This document shows, in pieces, positions 24,702 through 36,986 of a DNA stretch of 64,000 nucleotides. This DNA comes from Octopus bimaculoides (Eukaryota), in contig NC_068994.1 in assembly GCF_001194135.2 (NCBI RefSeq), forward strand, positions 4,070,811-4,134,810. The letters are read 5' to 3'. The notes under the pieces are model-generated. The model was not told the DNA's origin, did not search any database, and worked only from the letters and a program-made list of their open reading frames with translations. A program made the position numbers and the translations under genes. The first letter of the stretch is position 1, and each line of letters opens with the position of its first letter.

Positions 24702-24746
<45 letters not shown>

Positions 24747-24887
24747 GCAACGACAATAGTAACATAACAGAAAGAAGAAGAAAGAAAAAAATGCAATAAA
24801 AAGAATATTGTTTATTTTATTGCAAGTGAAGCAAAAATCTTTTAAAAAATCTTTTAAAATTGTGATTGTTTGATAATAGCCATCAAA

Positions 24888-27374
24888 ATGAGTATGTACC
24901 CGATACAGCCAGCGTACCCCAGTATGGGGGACCACTCCTCTATATACAACCAATCCATGTATTCGAATCAAAGCACCCATTTGAAAGAGACTGACAAGAA
25001 CAGCCCATCGCAGGGTGCTAAAGGCTTCCGACAGCCCGATATTCCCCGGAAACATTTCAGCGAAGAAAACGTGCCCCTTATTAACAATGCTGGATCAAGC
25101 CAAGAAGAGATTGAGGTGCCATCCCTTAACACCAGTACCACCAACACTCTACCTCCTGTGGCACCTAACAACCAAGACAAAGAACTAACCTGTGCTTTTT
25201 GTAAAAAGGTTTTCCCCAACTCATTTATCTTACGTACACACGAACGCATTCACATGGGTGTGCGACCATTTGCCTGTTCCTTTTGTAACAAGGAATTTTT
25301 CCAGTTAGTCGACTTAAAGACGCACTACTGCACGCACAGCCATGCCACCAATAACATGGCACTGTCTGCAACTCAGAAGGCTTACCAATGTTCAGTGTGT
25401 AACCGAAGCTTTGCTCATAGAGGTAACCTGAAGCTTCATCTGAGGATGCATTCAGGGGACAAACCGTTTGCTTGTGATGTCTGTGGCAAGACTTTCGCTC
25501 AGAAAAACAGCCTTACCGATCATAAAAGAGTGCATACAGGAGATTTGTTCTTCTGCCAGTTCTGCCAGAAAGCATTTTGTAACCAGTTTTTCTTGCAGAA
25601 CCATGAGAGAGCACACACAGGGGAGAAACCTTTTCATTGTGATTTCTGTGATAAAGCGTTTTCTCAGAGAGGTAACTTGAAGACACATCTCAGAACACAC
25701 ACAGGAGAGAAGAACTTTGTCTGCGATGCCTGTGGTAAAGCATTCTCTCAAAAGAACTGCCTGACTGACCACAAACGGCTACACACTGGTGACCTCTTCT
25801 ACTGTCAGTACTGTAAAAAAGGATTCTGCAATCAGTTTTTCTTAAAGATTCATGAAAAAGTACACACGGGAGATTTATATTATTGCAACTACTGCAAAAA
25901 AGGGTTTCCCAATCAGTTTTTCCTGGAAAACCACACCAGGTCTCATACTGGAGAGAAACCGTTCCGGTGTTTGTTTTGTCCGCAAGTTTTTTCACAACGT
26001 GGCAATTTAAAAACTCATCTACGAACGCACACGGGGGAGAAACCATTCCAGTGTGAAGTTTGTGGCAAGGGTTTTGCACAAAAGACTAATTTAAATGACC
26101 ACAAAAGACTCCATACTGGAGAGCTTTACTATTGTAACTACTGCAAAAAACCATTTTGTAATAAATTCTTCTTAAAAATTCATGAGCGCATACACACAGG
26201 GGATTTATTTTACTGCTCTTATTGTAAAAAAGGCTTCACAAATGAGTTCTTCCTGAAAAACCATCTCAGAGTACACACAGGAGAGAAACCATTTCAATGT
26301 GAATTTTGCAATCAAACATTTGCGCAACGAGGCAATTTGAAGCAACATTTACGAAAACACACAGGGGAGAAACCATTTAATTGTGAACTTTGTGGCAAAT
26401 GTTTCTCTCAGCGAAACAATTTAACTGACCATAAACGTGTGCATACTGGAGAACTCTTCTTCTGTAGCTTCTGTAAGAAGCCATTTTGCAACCAGTTTTT
26501 CCTAAAAAATCATGAAAGAGCTCACACTGGAGAAAGACCGTTCGAATGCAACTTCTGCAAGAAAACTTTCTCTCAGAGAGGTAATCTTAAGTTACATCTA
26601 AGGACACACACTGGAGAAAAGCCTTTTACCTGTAGTGTATGCGACAAGTCCTTCACGCAACGGAATAGTCTCATAGATCACCAACGTATTCACAGCGGAG
26701 ATCTATACTTTTGCGGAATTTGTAAGAAGGGCTTCTGTAACCAGTTTTTCTTGAAAACTCACGAGAAAACCCATGGAATTGTAGAGGATAGCCATTCAAA
26801 ACAGATTAGTTGTGAGTTTTGTGGCGAGGTTTTTGCACAGCAAAGTGAGTTGAAGGTACACATACAAACTCATACACCAGCGGAGAAACGCTACAGCTGC
26901 CAGATTTGTGGGGAGCAGTTTTTACACAGGGTTTCATTAACAAACCATAAATGTCCAGCAGCAAGCAGCAACTCGAACAGCTGCAGGATGTACTCAAAAC
27001 TGCCCCAACAGACCGTGGAGCCAAGCAGCTCGAACATAACAAACGACAAGACTGTATATAATTCGTCTCCTTCGTCATGTGATTCTTTAGCTCATGTCAA
27101 GGATATTGTTAGCACACAGAAAATCAGCTCGTTGAAAAACAATAGTAGATCTTGTACAACGGTCCAACAGGAGTCACACCGAGATACACAAGTCCCTCCT
27201 GTGCGACCGCAGCCATCACCAGCTTCTTCTTCATCATACTTGCATGGCATGCCTCATATTTGGGAAAATAACTACCTCTGGTCACGAGGTTACCCCATGC
27301 CACCCTTGTTAGGCTCAAGTTGGGCAGCAAATGTGCCCAGCGGTGTCTCCTGTGGTCCAAAACAAACAAAGTAA
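24888..27374 (+). CDS. Multi-C2H2 zinc-finger protein, 21 fingers, 828 aa (ZNF gene 1)
   Basis: Uninterrupted ORF from the first ATG (caaaATG, 24888; the track's 24870 start is TTG) to TAA. CxxC-x12-HxxxH repeats with TGEKP and TG(D/E)L linkers at 25185-26957. Confidence 0.96.
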   Translation: MSMYPIQPAYPSMGDHSSIYNQSMYSNQSTHLKETDKNSPSQGAKGFRQPDIPRKHFSEENVPLINNAGSSQEEIEVPSLNTSTTNTLPPVAPNNQDKELTCAFCKKVFPNSFILRTHERIHMGVRPFACSFCNKEFFQLVDLKTHYCTHSHATNNMALSATQKAYQCSVCNRSFAHRGNLKLHLRMHSGDKPFACDVCGKTFAQKNSLTDHKRVHTGDLFFCQFCQKAFCNQFFLQNHERAHTGEKPFHCDFCDKAFSQRGNLKTHLRTHTGEKNFVCDACGKAFSQKNCLTDHKRLHTGDLFYCQYCKKGFCNQFFLKIHEKVHTGDLYYCNYCKKGFPNQFFLENHTRSHTGEKPFRCLFCPQVFSQRGNLKTHLRTHTGEKPFQCEVCGKGFAQKTNLNDHKRLHTGELYYCNYCKKPFCNKFFLKIHERIHTGDLFYCSYCKKGFTNEFFLKNHLRVHTGEKPFQCEFCNQTFAQRGNLKQHLRKHTGEKPFNCELCGKCFSQRNNLTDHKRVHTGELFFCSFCKKPFCNQFFLKNHERAHTGERPFECNFCKKTFSQRGNLKLHLRTHTGEKPFTCSVCDKSFTQRNSLIDHQRIHSGDLYFCGICKKGFCNQFFLKTHEKTHGIVEDSHSKQISCEFCGEVFAQQSELKVHIQTHTPAEKRYSCQICGEQFLHRVSLTNHKCPAASSNSNSCRMYSKLPQQTVEPSSSNITNDKTVYNSSPSSCDSLAHVKDIVSTQKISSLKNNSRSCTTVQQESHRDTQVPPVRPQPSPASSSSYLHGMPHIWENNYLWSRGYPMPPLLGSSWAANVPSGVSCGPKQTK

Positions 27375-28084
27375 AGGACATCTGTATTAATTAGTTCTCC
27401 CTATAACAACACTGATCATATATCTACATTAACGAGTACTCTCTCTTCCATTAACTAAACACAAAAAGGACAACCCCCCCCCTTTTATCAATGACTGCTT
27501 CCTCGTTCAGGGCTAAACACCCTTGAGATACGTTAACGAGCACACCCTTATCTGTACTAATTAAAACAATGAGTGTTACTGTCATCAAAGCTAACATTGC
27601 ACCTTATTACAGAGTACTCTATCAAAATTAACAAATCCTGTATTAAATAGACACTCCCTGTATGAAAACACTGTGTAAATTAATTAATGCTCCCTGCTCC
27701 CTCCCCCCATACACCAAATGACATTAACGAACGAAGACATGGAAGAAACTATGTAATAACTTACAGACATATTCTCTCGCCACTTGGACCATTTTATTTT
27801 AGGTATGTCCTATGTACAGTGACTACAAATGTCTCCTCTCCCCTGTCAATGAAGTGAGCCTTGTCCAAAATAGAGTTGAACAGGTCACTTATTTTTGTTG
27901 TGTTATCATCTTTTATTTTTTTGTGCGTGTTTTTGTTTTTGTTTTGTTTTTTCTCTTCTAATTAGTTAATTCCTTCATTTGTAGATTACCATTCGTTAGG
28001 AACATTAATCAAATATTTGTTGTTATTAATCAGATATTTGTTATTATTGCTAATATTATAATTATTATTGCTGCTGAAGGTCGG

Positions 28085-28752
28085 GGCTGAGCTGGCAGAA
28101 CCCTCAAAGAGTTGGACAAAATGCTTTGCAGCATTTCTTCCAAATCATTCTGTTCTGAGTTCAATTCCCACCAAGGTCAACTTTGCTTTTCATCCTTTTG
28201 GGGGTCAATAAAATAAAGTACCACTCAACTACAGGGGTCAATGTAATCAAGCTGCAACCTCTCACTAAAATTGCTGGCCTTGTGCCAAAATTAGAAAGGA
28301 TTACTGTTATTATTATTATTATTATTATTAAGGAGCTAAGCTATCAGAATTGTTAGCATATTGGACGAAATGCTTAGCAGCATTTCTTCCAAATCATTAT
28401 GTTCTGGATTCAAATCCTCCTGAGGTCAACTCTGCCTTTCATCCTTTTGGGGGTCGATAAAATAAAGTACCAACCAAATACTGAGGTTTATGTATTCGAC
28501 TTGCTCTCTCGTCCCCTAAAAAAATTTCTGGCCTTGTGCCAAAAATTTGAAACGGCTATTATTATTATTATTATTAGCATGTTGGGAAAAATGGTTTGTG
28601 GCATTTTGTCCCTCTTTGTTCTGAGTTCAAATTCCGCCGAGGTAGACTTTGCCTTTCATCCTTTCGAGGTCAATAAATTAAGTACCAGTGAAACACTGGG
28701 GTCGATGTAATTGACTAGTCCCTTGCCCCCAAATTTCAGGCTTTGTGCCTTT
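28085..28752 (+). mobile_element. Three head-to-tail family A SINE copies
   Basis: Units at ~28085-28300, 28332-28552 and 28580-28752, separated by (ATT)n tails. Confidence 0.85.
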
Positions 28753-29799
28753 ATTTTCAATGTAACGTGTGCCCCTCTGAGGCACAATAGCACTTGTATA
28801 TGGGATTGAACTTGCAGTGTTATAGTTTGTATAAGTGCATCATAACATCTTGATCAGTTTAGGAAGTATATGAGGGAGAGAATGACTACTCAATCAGCAG
28901 TATTGATCTCAGCATTGAACACCTCTAAATCCCTCCAATGATTATTCAACCTACAAGAAATAGCTATGAAACAGTCCTCAAATTCCAAGTACCACCCTAA
29001 AACACTGAAGCATACATTGTATGATGTAGTCTTAGATATACTAAAACATGATGGCCATTGTTGGAATGTCCTTCACCAAAAGTCGAATAGACAACAATAG
29101 TAACTTCAGTAGTCATGAGCCAATGAAGGAAACCTCTAGGTGGTCACTTAATCTGCTAGAAACAACAACCAAATTTCTCACAAAACACTGCCTACTGTTT
29201 CTTTATAAAGAAACATTGAATGATGTAGTCTTAGATATGCTATGCCTGTAATAAAAAAAAAAATAGGGAAAAAATCCCATGGTATGGTCAAAGCTGTAAC
29301 ATCCTTGGCCATTGGTTGGAGCAGAGGTGAAGGTAGCGCAATAATAATTTCGGTCTTTAGATTCAGTAATATCTTTAAAATAAGGACTATGTATTTTAAC
29401 TCCCTCCATTTCTGCATAAACAGGATGACCACCACTACATCATCACTGATTGTGTAATGAGAACTCATCCCTTACCTCATTCTTCCTCTTCCTTTGTGAT
29501 TGACCAGGATCACACCACCCTCAACATGGGCCTAAGGTTATTGGCCCTTGCCCTCAACAGAGCAGACCACAACTTCATGAATGTCATATGTTATATGACT
29601 TACTGCCATTTGTTATATCATCATATCACATCATATCACAATGTGATATCACATCATTGCACTGTCTTAGTGTCACATATCATATTGTCACATTGTCATA
29701 CTGCCACATATCACATGTCACACGGTCATATCACAATGCATCACAATGTCATATGTGACGTCATATTGTAAGGCAACAAAGTGGCAAGCTGACACAATC

Positions 29800-29985
29800 T
29801 TAAGCCCACTGTGCAAAATGCTTAGTGGCATTCATTCATTTTTATTTTCTGAGTTCAAATTCCACTTGATTTTGCCTTTCATCCTTTCGGGGTCAATATT
29901 ATAAGTACCAGCTGAGTGCTGGGGTCGATGTAGGCAACTTACACCCTGCAAAATTGCAGGCCTTGTGCCAAAATTTGAAATCTCT
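29800..29985 (+). mobile_element. SINE family A
   Basis: gagttcaaattcc...gcctttcatcctttcggggtcaat...ggccttgtgccaaaatttgaaa. Confidence 0.8.
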
Positions 29986-30961
29986 GTTGTATCATATGCT
30001 AAAAAAAAAAACAGTCTGCTTTTTTATTCCCTAAACTATATTTAAGGATAGTATCAAAGGGGAATTAAAATGACAGTTTCTCTTCCCTGAATATGTCACA
30101 AAAGGGGACCCAGTTGTCAGTATTACTTTTGGGGTAAGCACTAGGTCTCCAAATATACAGCAAGACAGAACCAAATTACATTCAGGCTCTGGAGGCGAAA
30201 GGGTCTTTCAATATTCAAGAATGGTCGTTTTTCGTTTTTTTAGGGAAGAATCCAGCAGGACCCCCCTTTGACTCTTTGCCTACCTCAGACCAATGTAGCA
30301 ATCAAACCCCTACTTCTCATGCAACCTAGTGAACAGGACTTCCTCACTACAGCAATGGGTTTCTTCTCTTCAATGGGAGAAAAGGTGTGGGATGAAGGTG
30401 CAGAGCTAATAACCCTGACTCTGGTACTGTTGACCCCTAAATTAAAGGTGCAATTCAATGTGTTGCTACAACAAACAGCCTTTCTGAAACAAATGAACAT
30501 AGAAGAAACAGTATGTATATACATGTGTGTGTGTGTATATATATATACATATATATATCTGTACACCACCTCAAACACTTTATACATATATATATGTGTG
30601 TGTGTAGGGTATATATACATGCATATATATATGTATGTATGCATGTATGTATACATAAACATGTATGTATACATTTATATATATATATATGAATGAAGAA
30701 AAGTGTTTCTTTCTTGTATCCGACTCATTCTATTCTCTGTTGTTAAACACACACACATATCCTCATTTATGGTGTGTATATATATATATATATGTATATA
30801 TATAAATATATATGTTAGTGTGTATTTGTGCGTATATATATATATATTCACATGTGCATATGTTACACACGTACACTTGTATATATAAATGTGTGTGTGT
30901 GTGTGTGTCTATATATATGTATATATATTCATATGTATATGCATGTGTATTTACACATAGA

Positions 30962-31010
<49 letters not shown>

Positions 31011-31173
31011 ATTTTTGTATGTATATATAAATACCCATTATTATTATGTTTGAGAGATTTTCAAAGAATGTCTATATGTTTGTCTATGCACGTGTGTGTG
31101 TGTGTGTGTATGTACATACACATCCACACATTTATATATGTATGTGTGTATAGAGTATGCCTAAATATATATA

Positions 31174-31209
<36 letters not shown>

Positions 31210-31990
31210 NNNNNNNNNNNNNNNNNNNNNNNNNNNNNNNNNNNNNNNNNNNNNNNNNNNNNNNNNNNNNNNNNNNNNNNNNNNNNNNNNNNNNNNNNNN
31301 NNNNNNNNNNNNNNNNNNNNNNNNNNNNNNNNNNNNNNNNNNNNNNNNNNNNNNNNNNNNNNNNNNNNNNNNNNNNNNNNNNNNNNNNNNNNNNNNNNNN
31401 NNNNNNNNNNNNNNNNNNNNNNNNNNNNNNNNNNNNNNNNNNNNNNNNNNNNNNNNNNNNNNNNNNNNNNNNNNNNNNNNNNNNNNNNNNNNNNNNNNNN
31501 NNNNNNNNNNNNNNNNNNNNNNNNNNNNNNNNNNNNNNNNNNNNNNNNNNNNNNNNNNNNNNNNNNNNNNNNNNNNNNNNNNNNNNNNNNNNNNNNNNNN
31601 NNNNNNNNNNNNNNNNNNNNNNNNNNNNNNNNNNNNNNNNNNNNNNNNNNNNNNNNNNNNNNNNNNNNNNNNNNNNNNNNNNNNNNNNNNTTATTATTAT
31701 TATTATTATAAAATATTATTATTGATATTTCAGGATAATAATAACAATAATAATAATAATAATAATAACAATAAAAGAAGCTAAAGAAGACTGTTTGAAT
31801 ATTTCAATAAACCTAACCATTCTTTGTGAATTTACTTCAACATAAAACACTGTGATTGTGTGAAATAAATAGCCAAAAAAAAAAAAAAACTAAAACAATA
31901 GCCTGTTCTTTTGATTTTGTTGTGTGTACCCCTCTTATATGACGGCTGTAGAGGGTGGGGGGTCTTGTCTTGTTAGATACCTGGTAACTT

Positions 31991-32190
31991 TACTGGTGCT
32001 CGTGCCACAGAAAAATACACCCAGTACACTCTGTGAAGTGGTTGGTTTTAGGAAGGGCCCCCAACTGGTGTAACCATGACACAGCAGATGCTGGAGCTTG
32101 GTGTGATTCTCTTACTTGCCACCCCCTCTTGGACCCTCCAACCCAAACTAGCAAAAACAGACATTGAATGCTGATGATGATGATGACGAG
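31991..32190 (+). mobile_element. Family C RTE-tail element
   Basis: gtgccacagaaaaatacacccagtacactctgtgaagtggttgg..aggaaggg... with a (GAT)n tail. Confidence 0.7.
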
Positions 32191-32454
32191 TCTTGGGTAC
32201 TTTTCAACTAGCACATCGCAGACTTGATCAAGTTGCTCAGCATTGATGGCGCGACTGTTCAGCACAAGCTTGGCACACAAACTTTTTCCTCAGCCTAATA
32301 TATATACTTACATATAAACATATATATAATACACATACTCACATATCCTTGATTTGTTTAACATCTGATTTTCTAAGCAAGTAGGGCTTGGATGGGAATT
32401 GGAGGCATCATTTTATGGTTGGATGCTTTCCAGAAAAGAATATTTTTTCTACAG

Positions 32455-32645
32455 TGAGCTGGCTGAATTGTTAGCACACTCGGCAAAATGCTCAGTGGCG
32501 TTTCGTCTGTCTTTACATTCCGAGTTCAAATTCCGCCAAGGTTGATTTTGCCTTTCAGGATTGATAAAAAACTACCAGTTGAACACTGAAGCCAATATAA
32601 TCAATTTATTCCCCAAAATTGCTGGTCTTAAGCCAAAATTTAAAA
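32455..32645 (+). mobile_element. SINE family A
   Basis: gagctggctgaattgttagcac...ccgagttcaaattccgccaagg. Confidence 0.8.
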
Positions 32646-32689
32646 TCAATATTTTTTCTGCTACCTCTTAAACCATATTAATGGATAGA

Positions 32690-34165
32690 AAGAGGTTGGG
32701 GTTTATCATTGCAACAGGTAATGATAAAATAGTAATTTCCTCATAAAGTTATAACAGTTTATAAACAGGAGGCTGGTATTATCTTGAATAGAACTGCTTC
32801 TAAGAGCTTGTTTGGATAAAAATCAGCTGATGAGACTTAGAGGTAAATCATTGAACTTCACATCCTCACAGTTTTATCATCCGACAACAGCTGTGAATGA
32901 TGAGGTGTCAGATCAATTCAGTTATGTATTTGACGAAGAAATCAATCAATCTCTTCCACCAGATGTTCTCATTTTGATTGGAGATGGAAAAACTAACAAC
33001 AAAATCAGTAACTGTGGACATTTTCAGTTTGGGCATTGAGAATAATCAGGGAAGCCCTTTTGTTGAATTCTGATAATCGAAATATTTTTATTTCTAAAAC
33101 ATGATGTAACCAATATCATAGGCAACTTTACAATTGTATTTCGACTAATTGCAAGCCTCATAAAAAAAAAAAAAAGAAATACCAATTTATAGTCCAACAA
33201 CAATGGAAGTGTAGAAATAAGGTCTGTTAAAATAGGTTAAACTACATTCATCAGCTGATTGCAATAATGACCATCAACTTGTTACAATAATTAAATAATA
33301 TTTCAATAAAAAGATTAAAACATCAAGAAAATACAATTTTGCAAACATTCTAAATGAATCTAATGTCAAAATAAAAAAAAAATATTTCAAAAACTTTGGC
33401 AATGTAAAGAAAAAGAGTGACCTGGAAGAACTGTGAAATAAAGCTAAAAAATTGTTTTATAAATAGCAGGAAAAATATCAAAGTAAGAGAAAAAAAACTG
33501 ACTGAAATGGTTAACAGATGAGACATGAGATAAGAAGGACTAAAAAAACTCAGAGATCTGACACCATTTGAATGTAAAGAATGAAAGAAACAATTGAGCA
33601 ATGAAATTCAATATGCGATAAAAGAAAGAGAAGCAGGAAAAGAACAAGAAAATTTATGATGAGAATGAAAAAAATTGAGTAAGAAACACTAATAAAGATC
33701 TTTACAAAGCAATGAAGATAATATGAAGAAAATTTGCACCAAGAATTGATGTTATCAAAGAGAAATATGGTAATATGCTTTATGAAGGGAAAAGTTTGTA
33801 CGAAAGATGGAAAGAAAACTGCTGCAGCTTATTCAAGAATACAACAGGGAATAATCAAAGAGAATGCAATCATAATAATCAAAGTAAAAATTGTGTTAGA
33901 GAAAGAGGGAGAGAAAAAGAATGTCCGCCATTCATGTCTGGAGTAAAGAGAAATTGTTACAGTGTTTATGTATAAAAATATGGAACCTAAATTTATGGCC
34001 AAATGATTGGTCTAAACCAATTTTGATGCCATTGCCAAAGCAAAAGAAGACATAACACAATGTAAAAACAACAAGACAAATAACGTGAGTAAAATGTTAT
34101 TAAAGATCATTGGTGAAGGAATGAAGGATCTTATTTAGAAAGCTAGAATGTCAAAGAATGGTAAA
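32690..34165 (+). pseudogene. Old, heavily decayed RTE-clade LINE (AP endonuclease through start of RT)
   Basis: Remnants SQFYHPTTAVNDEVSDQF...DVLILIGD...FQFG, ENNQG..FVEF, HRQLYN, SADCNNDHQLV correspond to the QVYAPT / GDFNAKVG / RRLYTW / GADCGSDH motifs of RTE endonucleases; many stops and frameshifts. Confidence 0.7.
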
Positions 34166-35412
34166 AAAAAAAAATGTTCTTTTGGCTGAGTCTGTTTTCC
34201 CCACCTCCACCATGACCACCACCACTAGAACATACTTGTTATACAGAAACGTTAGCATGCCAGGCGAAATGCTTAGTGGTATTTCGTCTGAGTTCAAATT
34301 CAGCCGAGGTCGACTTGGTCTTTCATCCTTTCGGGGTCAATAAATTAAGTACCATATTTGGTGCCTATGTAATGCTTACCCTAGAATAGTACCTCTGGAA
34401 TATAAACCCCTCAACAAAATATTCTGTGTGATCCTCATTCAGGTGAGGACATTGGTTTATTGGGACCCAATGGATTACGCCTGTTCATTTGAACATCCTG
34501 CACAACTGGTTTGTTGCTCAACCAGACGCATTTATCTATCCTTGTCACCCATAGTGTGTGTGCCCCCTCTAGTTCCACTACTCAGTACTCTCTTCCTTCT
34601 TCTCCAAAACGTCTATCTTTTGGAATTCCCACCCTGTCAGTACCGTCATAAGGCATGGGTACACTGGGCAGGGCAATTGCACAGAGTGGGGTTGAGTGCA
34701 GGAACTTGCGGCTCTAAGGGATCAATTCTGATCCATATGTGCTGTCACTCACTGACAATAAATACTTATAGAGCCCAGTGAGGTGATTTGCCTAGGAGCC
34801 TATAATGTTGTTAAGACAGCCTGGCGCCCTGTTCAAGTTTTTCCTTCCAGCCGTTAACTTGCTAGTGTCCAAATATAACATCAACGAACCGTCGTTTTCA
34901 GTAGTCTCAAGGGTCTATTAGAATAAATAAATAAAAATAATGATTAACGGTAGAAGAAAAAATTATAGAGACAGCAAGTAGATAAGGTGAAGTTAAGGTT
35001 GGTTATAGAATGAGAAACCACAAAAATAAATTCTTAACAGTCTAGTACAACTCCCAACCATTGATCTTTAACCACAAGAGCACACAAAATATATTAATTC
35101 TGAATTGCACAATATGTGTCTTTGAGGACAATTCAGCTGGTCGCATCACAATATTAATACAGAAAATTCTTCCGCGATCGCCAAATAAACAACAATTAAA
35201 GTTTCAGAGAAAGTGAAAGTGACACACGAAAGCAAATGGTAGACAGTAAGATAGATACGTTGTTTATATGCGTGGGTTTATGTTGTAATAAAAACAATTT
35301 TACATGAAACAGGAGGATTACTCAATTCTTTTGATAATGTACAAATTTATTCTTTCACAAGAAAAGTATTGACCGTAACTTCGAAGTTTCGGCAAGCTAT
35401 ATACGTAAGCAG

Positions 35413-35460
<48 letters not shown>

Positions 35461-35538
35461 CACTTGCACTTATCAAGTTTGATAAGAGTCAATGAACGAA
35501 ACTCTCGGCCTGTGACTCACTGTTACTTCTGTTAAATA

Positions 35539-35582
<44 letters not shown>

Positions 35583-35589
35583 GCATTCA

Positions 35590-35673
35590 AACACTCTATA
35601 GCACGTCAGTAGCCGTACGCACACACTGAGGAGCGCGCGAGATGGAAGATAATAATTTCTTTATCAGGTTAGT
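35590..35673 (+). promoter_or_regulatory. Candidate promoter/first exon of ZNF gene 2
   Basis: CpG cluster gcacgtcag...gagcgcgcgagatgg, then donor-like cag|gttagt (35668), followed by a GCC-rich stretch and a GA-rich tract at 36590-37200. Confidence 0.4.
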
Positions 35674-36856
35674 GGCTGCAGTTTACCGCCACCAGTGGCA
35701 AAAAAATTTTTTTTTTTAATCATTAAACACCGCACTCGCCACCATTTCACCAACACTATCACTACCGCTATCTCCACTCCATCGTGTCCCTCGCCGCCGC
35801 CCCTTCTACATCATTATATTAACGCCGCTACCACCTCTTCCTCGCCACCACCATCTTACTATCATAATTACTCTCCCCTGCTTCTCCCTCTTTTGTGAAT
35901 ATATTTTTTGCCAGTCATTCCGTGTACTCTCCAGGCAAGAGAGATAAACATGTCCCCTTACCATTAACCGGTGCATGTCCCCCTTGAAAAAAGTACTGTT
36001 TCAGACTGGTGTTCACTTCGATCCCCCCACTATATTTGTTTTTACATTGACAATCGTTTAAGAACAATACTTTAAAATTTAGTGAGTTATCAATATAAAA
36101 TAAATATTTGGAAAATACATGTACACTTCGGCCAATATTTCCACCCATTTTTTAAATACACATATGAATGTATACGTTCTTTAGATGACACAGAAAAAAT
36201 AGACTCAAAACAGGGAGTCTATACTTTTATTCGCCAGTATATACATAAATGACCGAAGGAATGAGAGTTCGTTGCATTTAGCAAAATATGAAATATATTC
36301 TTGTATTAAAAGATGGTATTTCTGGCGTAGGGCTCCAGTTTAAGCAAATTTGATAAAAGATTTCAGGGAACAGAAGTCATAAAGACCCAAATCGGTCCAC
36401 TTATCCTATACTAAGTTATCGGCCCGTGGCAACACACACACACACGCATACACAGTATGACTCACTTACTGACTCTCACACATACAGTTTCATACACACA
36501 CACACTATATTTGTTTCGAGCCAGTTCCGCTTTTTCGTGCAGTTTGAAATTAGAGGGAGAGTGGCAGATCTATGTAGAGAGAGAGAGAAAGTGTTATAAG
36601 AGGGAGGTATACAATTGATACAATAATAAATAGACAGGGGGAGAGATCCTACTACCACTACTCCTCATAGAGCATCCATGAAGCGAGAGGAAAAGACTGA
36701 AATTTAGTGAGAAGAGATTGCAATAGATAAACAGAGAGGGGTAAGATTGAACTACTACTACTACTCTGGAGCATCTACGAAACGGTAAGTTTGAAACTGG
36801 AGAAGGAGAGAGAGAGAGAGACGAAGATTTATATATGTATATATAGAGAGAGCAAG

Positions 36857-36895
<39 letters not shown>

Positions 36896-36937
36896 CAGAG
36901 TGAGAGAATACAGAGAAAGTGAGAGGGGAGAGAAAAA

Positions 36938-36986
<49 letters not shown>

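Noticed and set aside
24870-24887. N-terminal extension MIIAIK of gene 1 in the ORF track
   Set aside because: It starts at TTG; the first ATG (24888) has a favourable AAAATG context.
24968-27381. Antisense and alternate-frame ORFs overlapping ZNF gene 1 (likewise within genes 2 and 3)
   Set aside because: Shadow ORFs of the real CDS and of triplet repeats; no independent signal.
34820-34836. TGGCGCCC resembling a tRNA-Lys primer-binding site
   Set aside because: Only 8 nt match and no LTR or retroviral ORF is adjacent.
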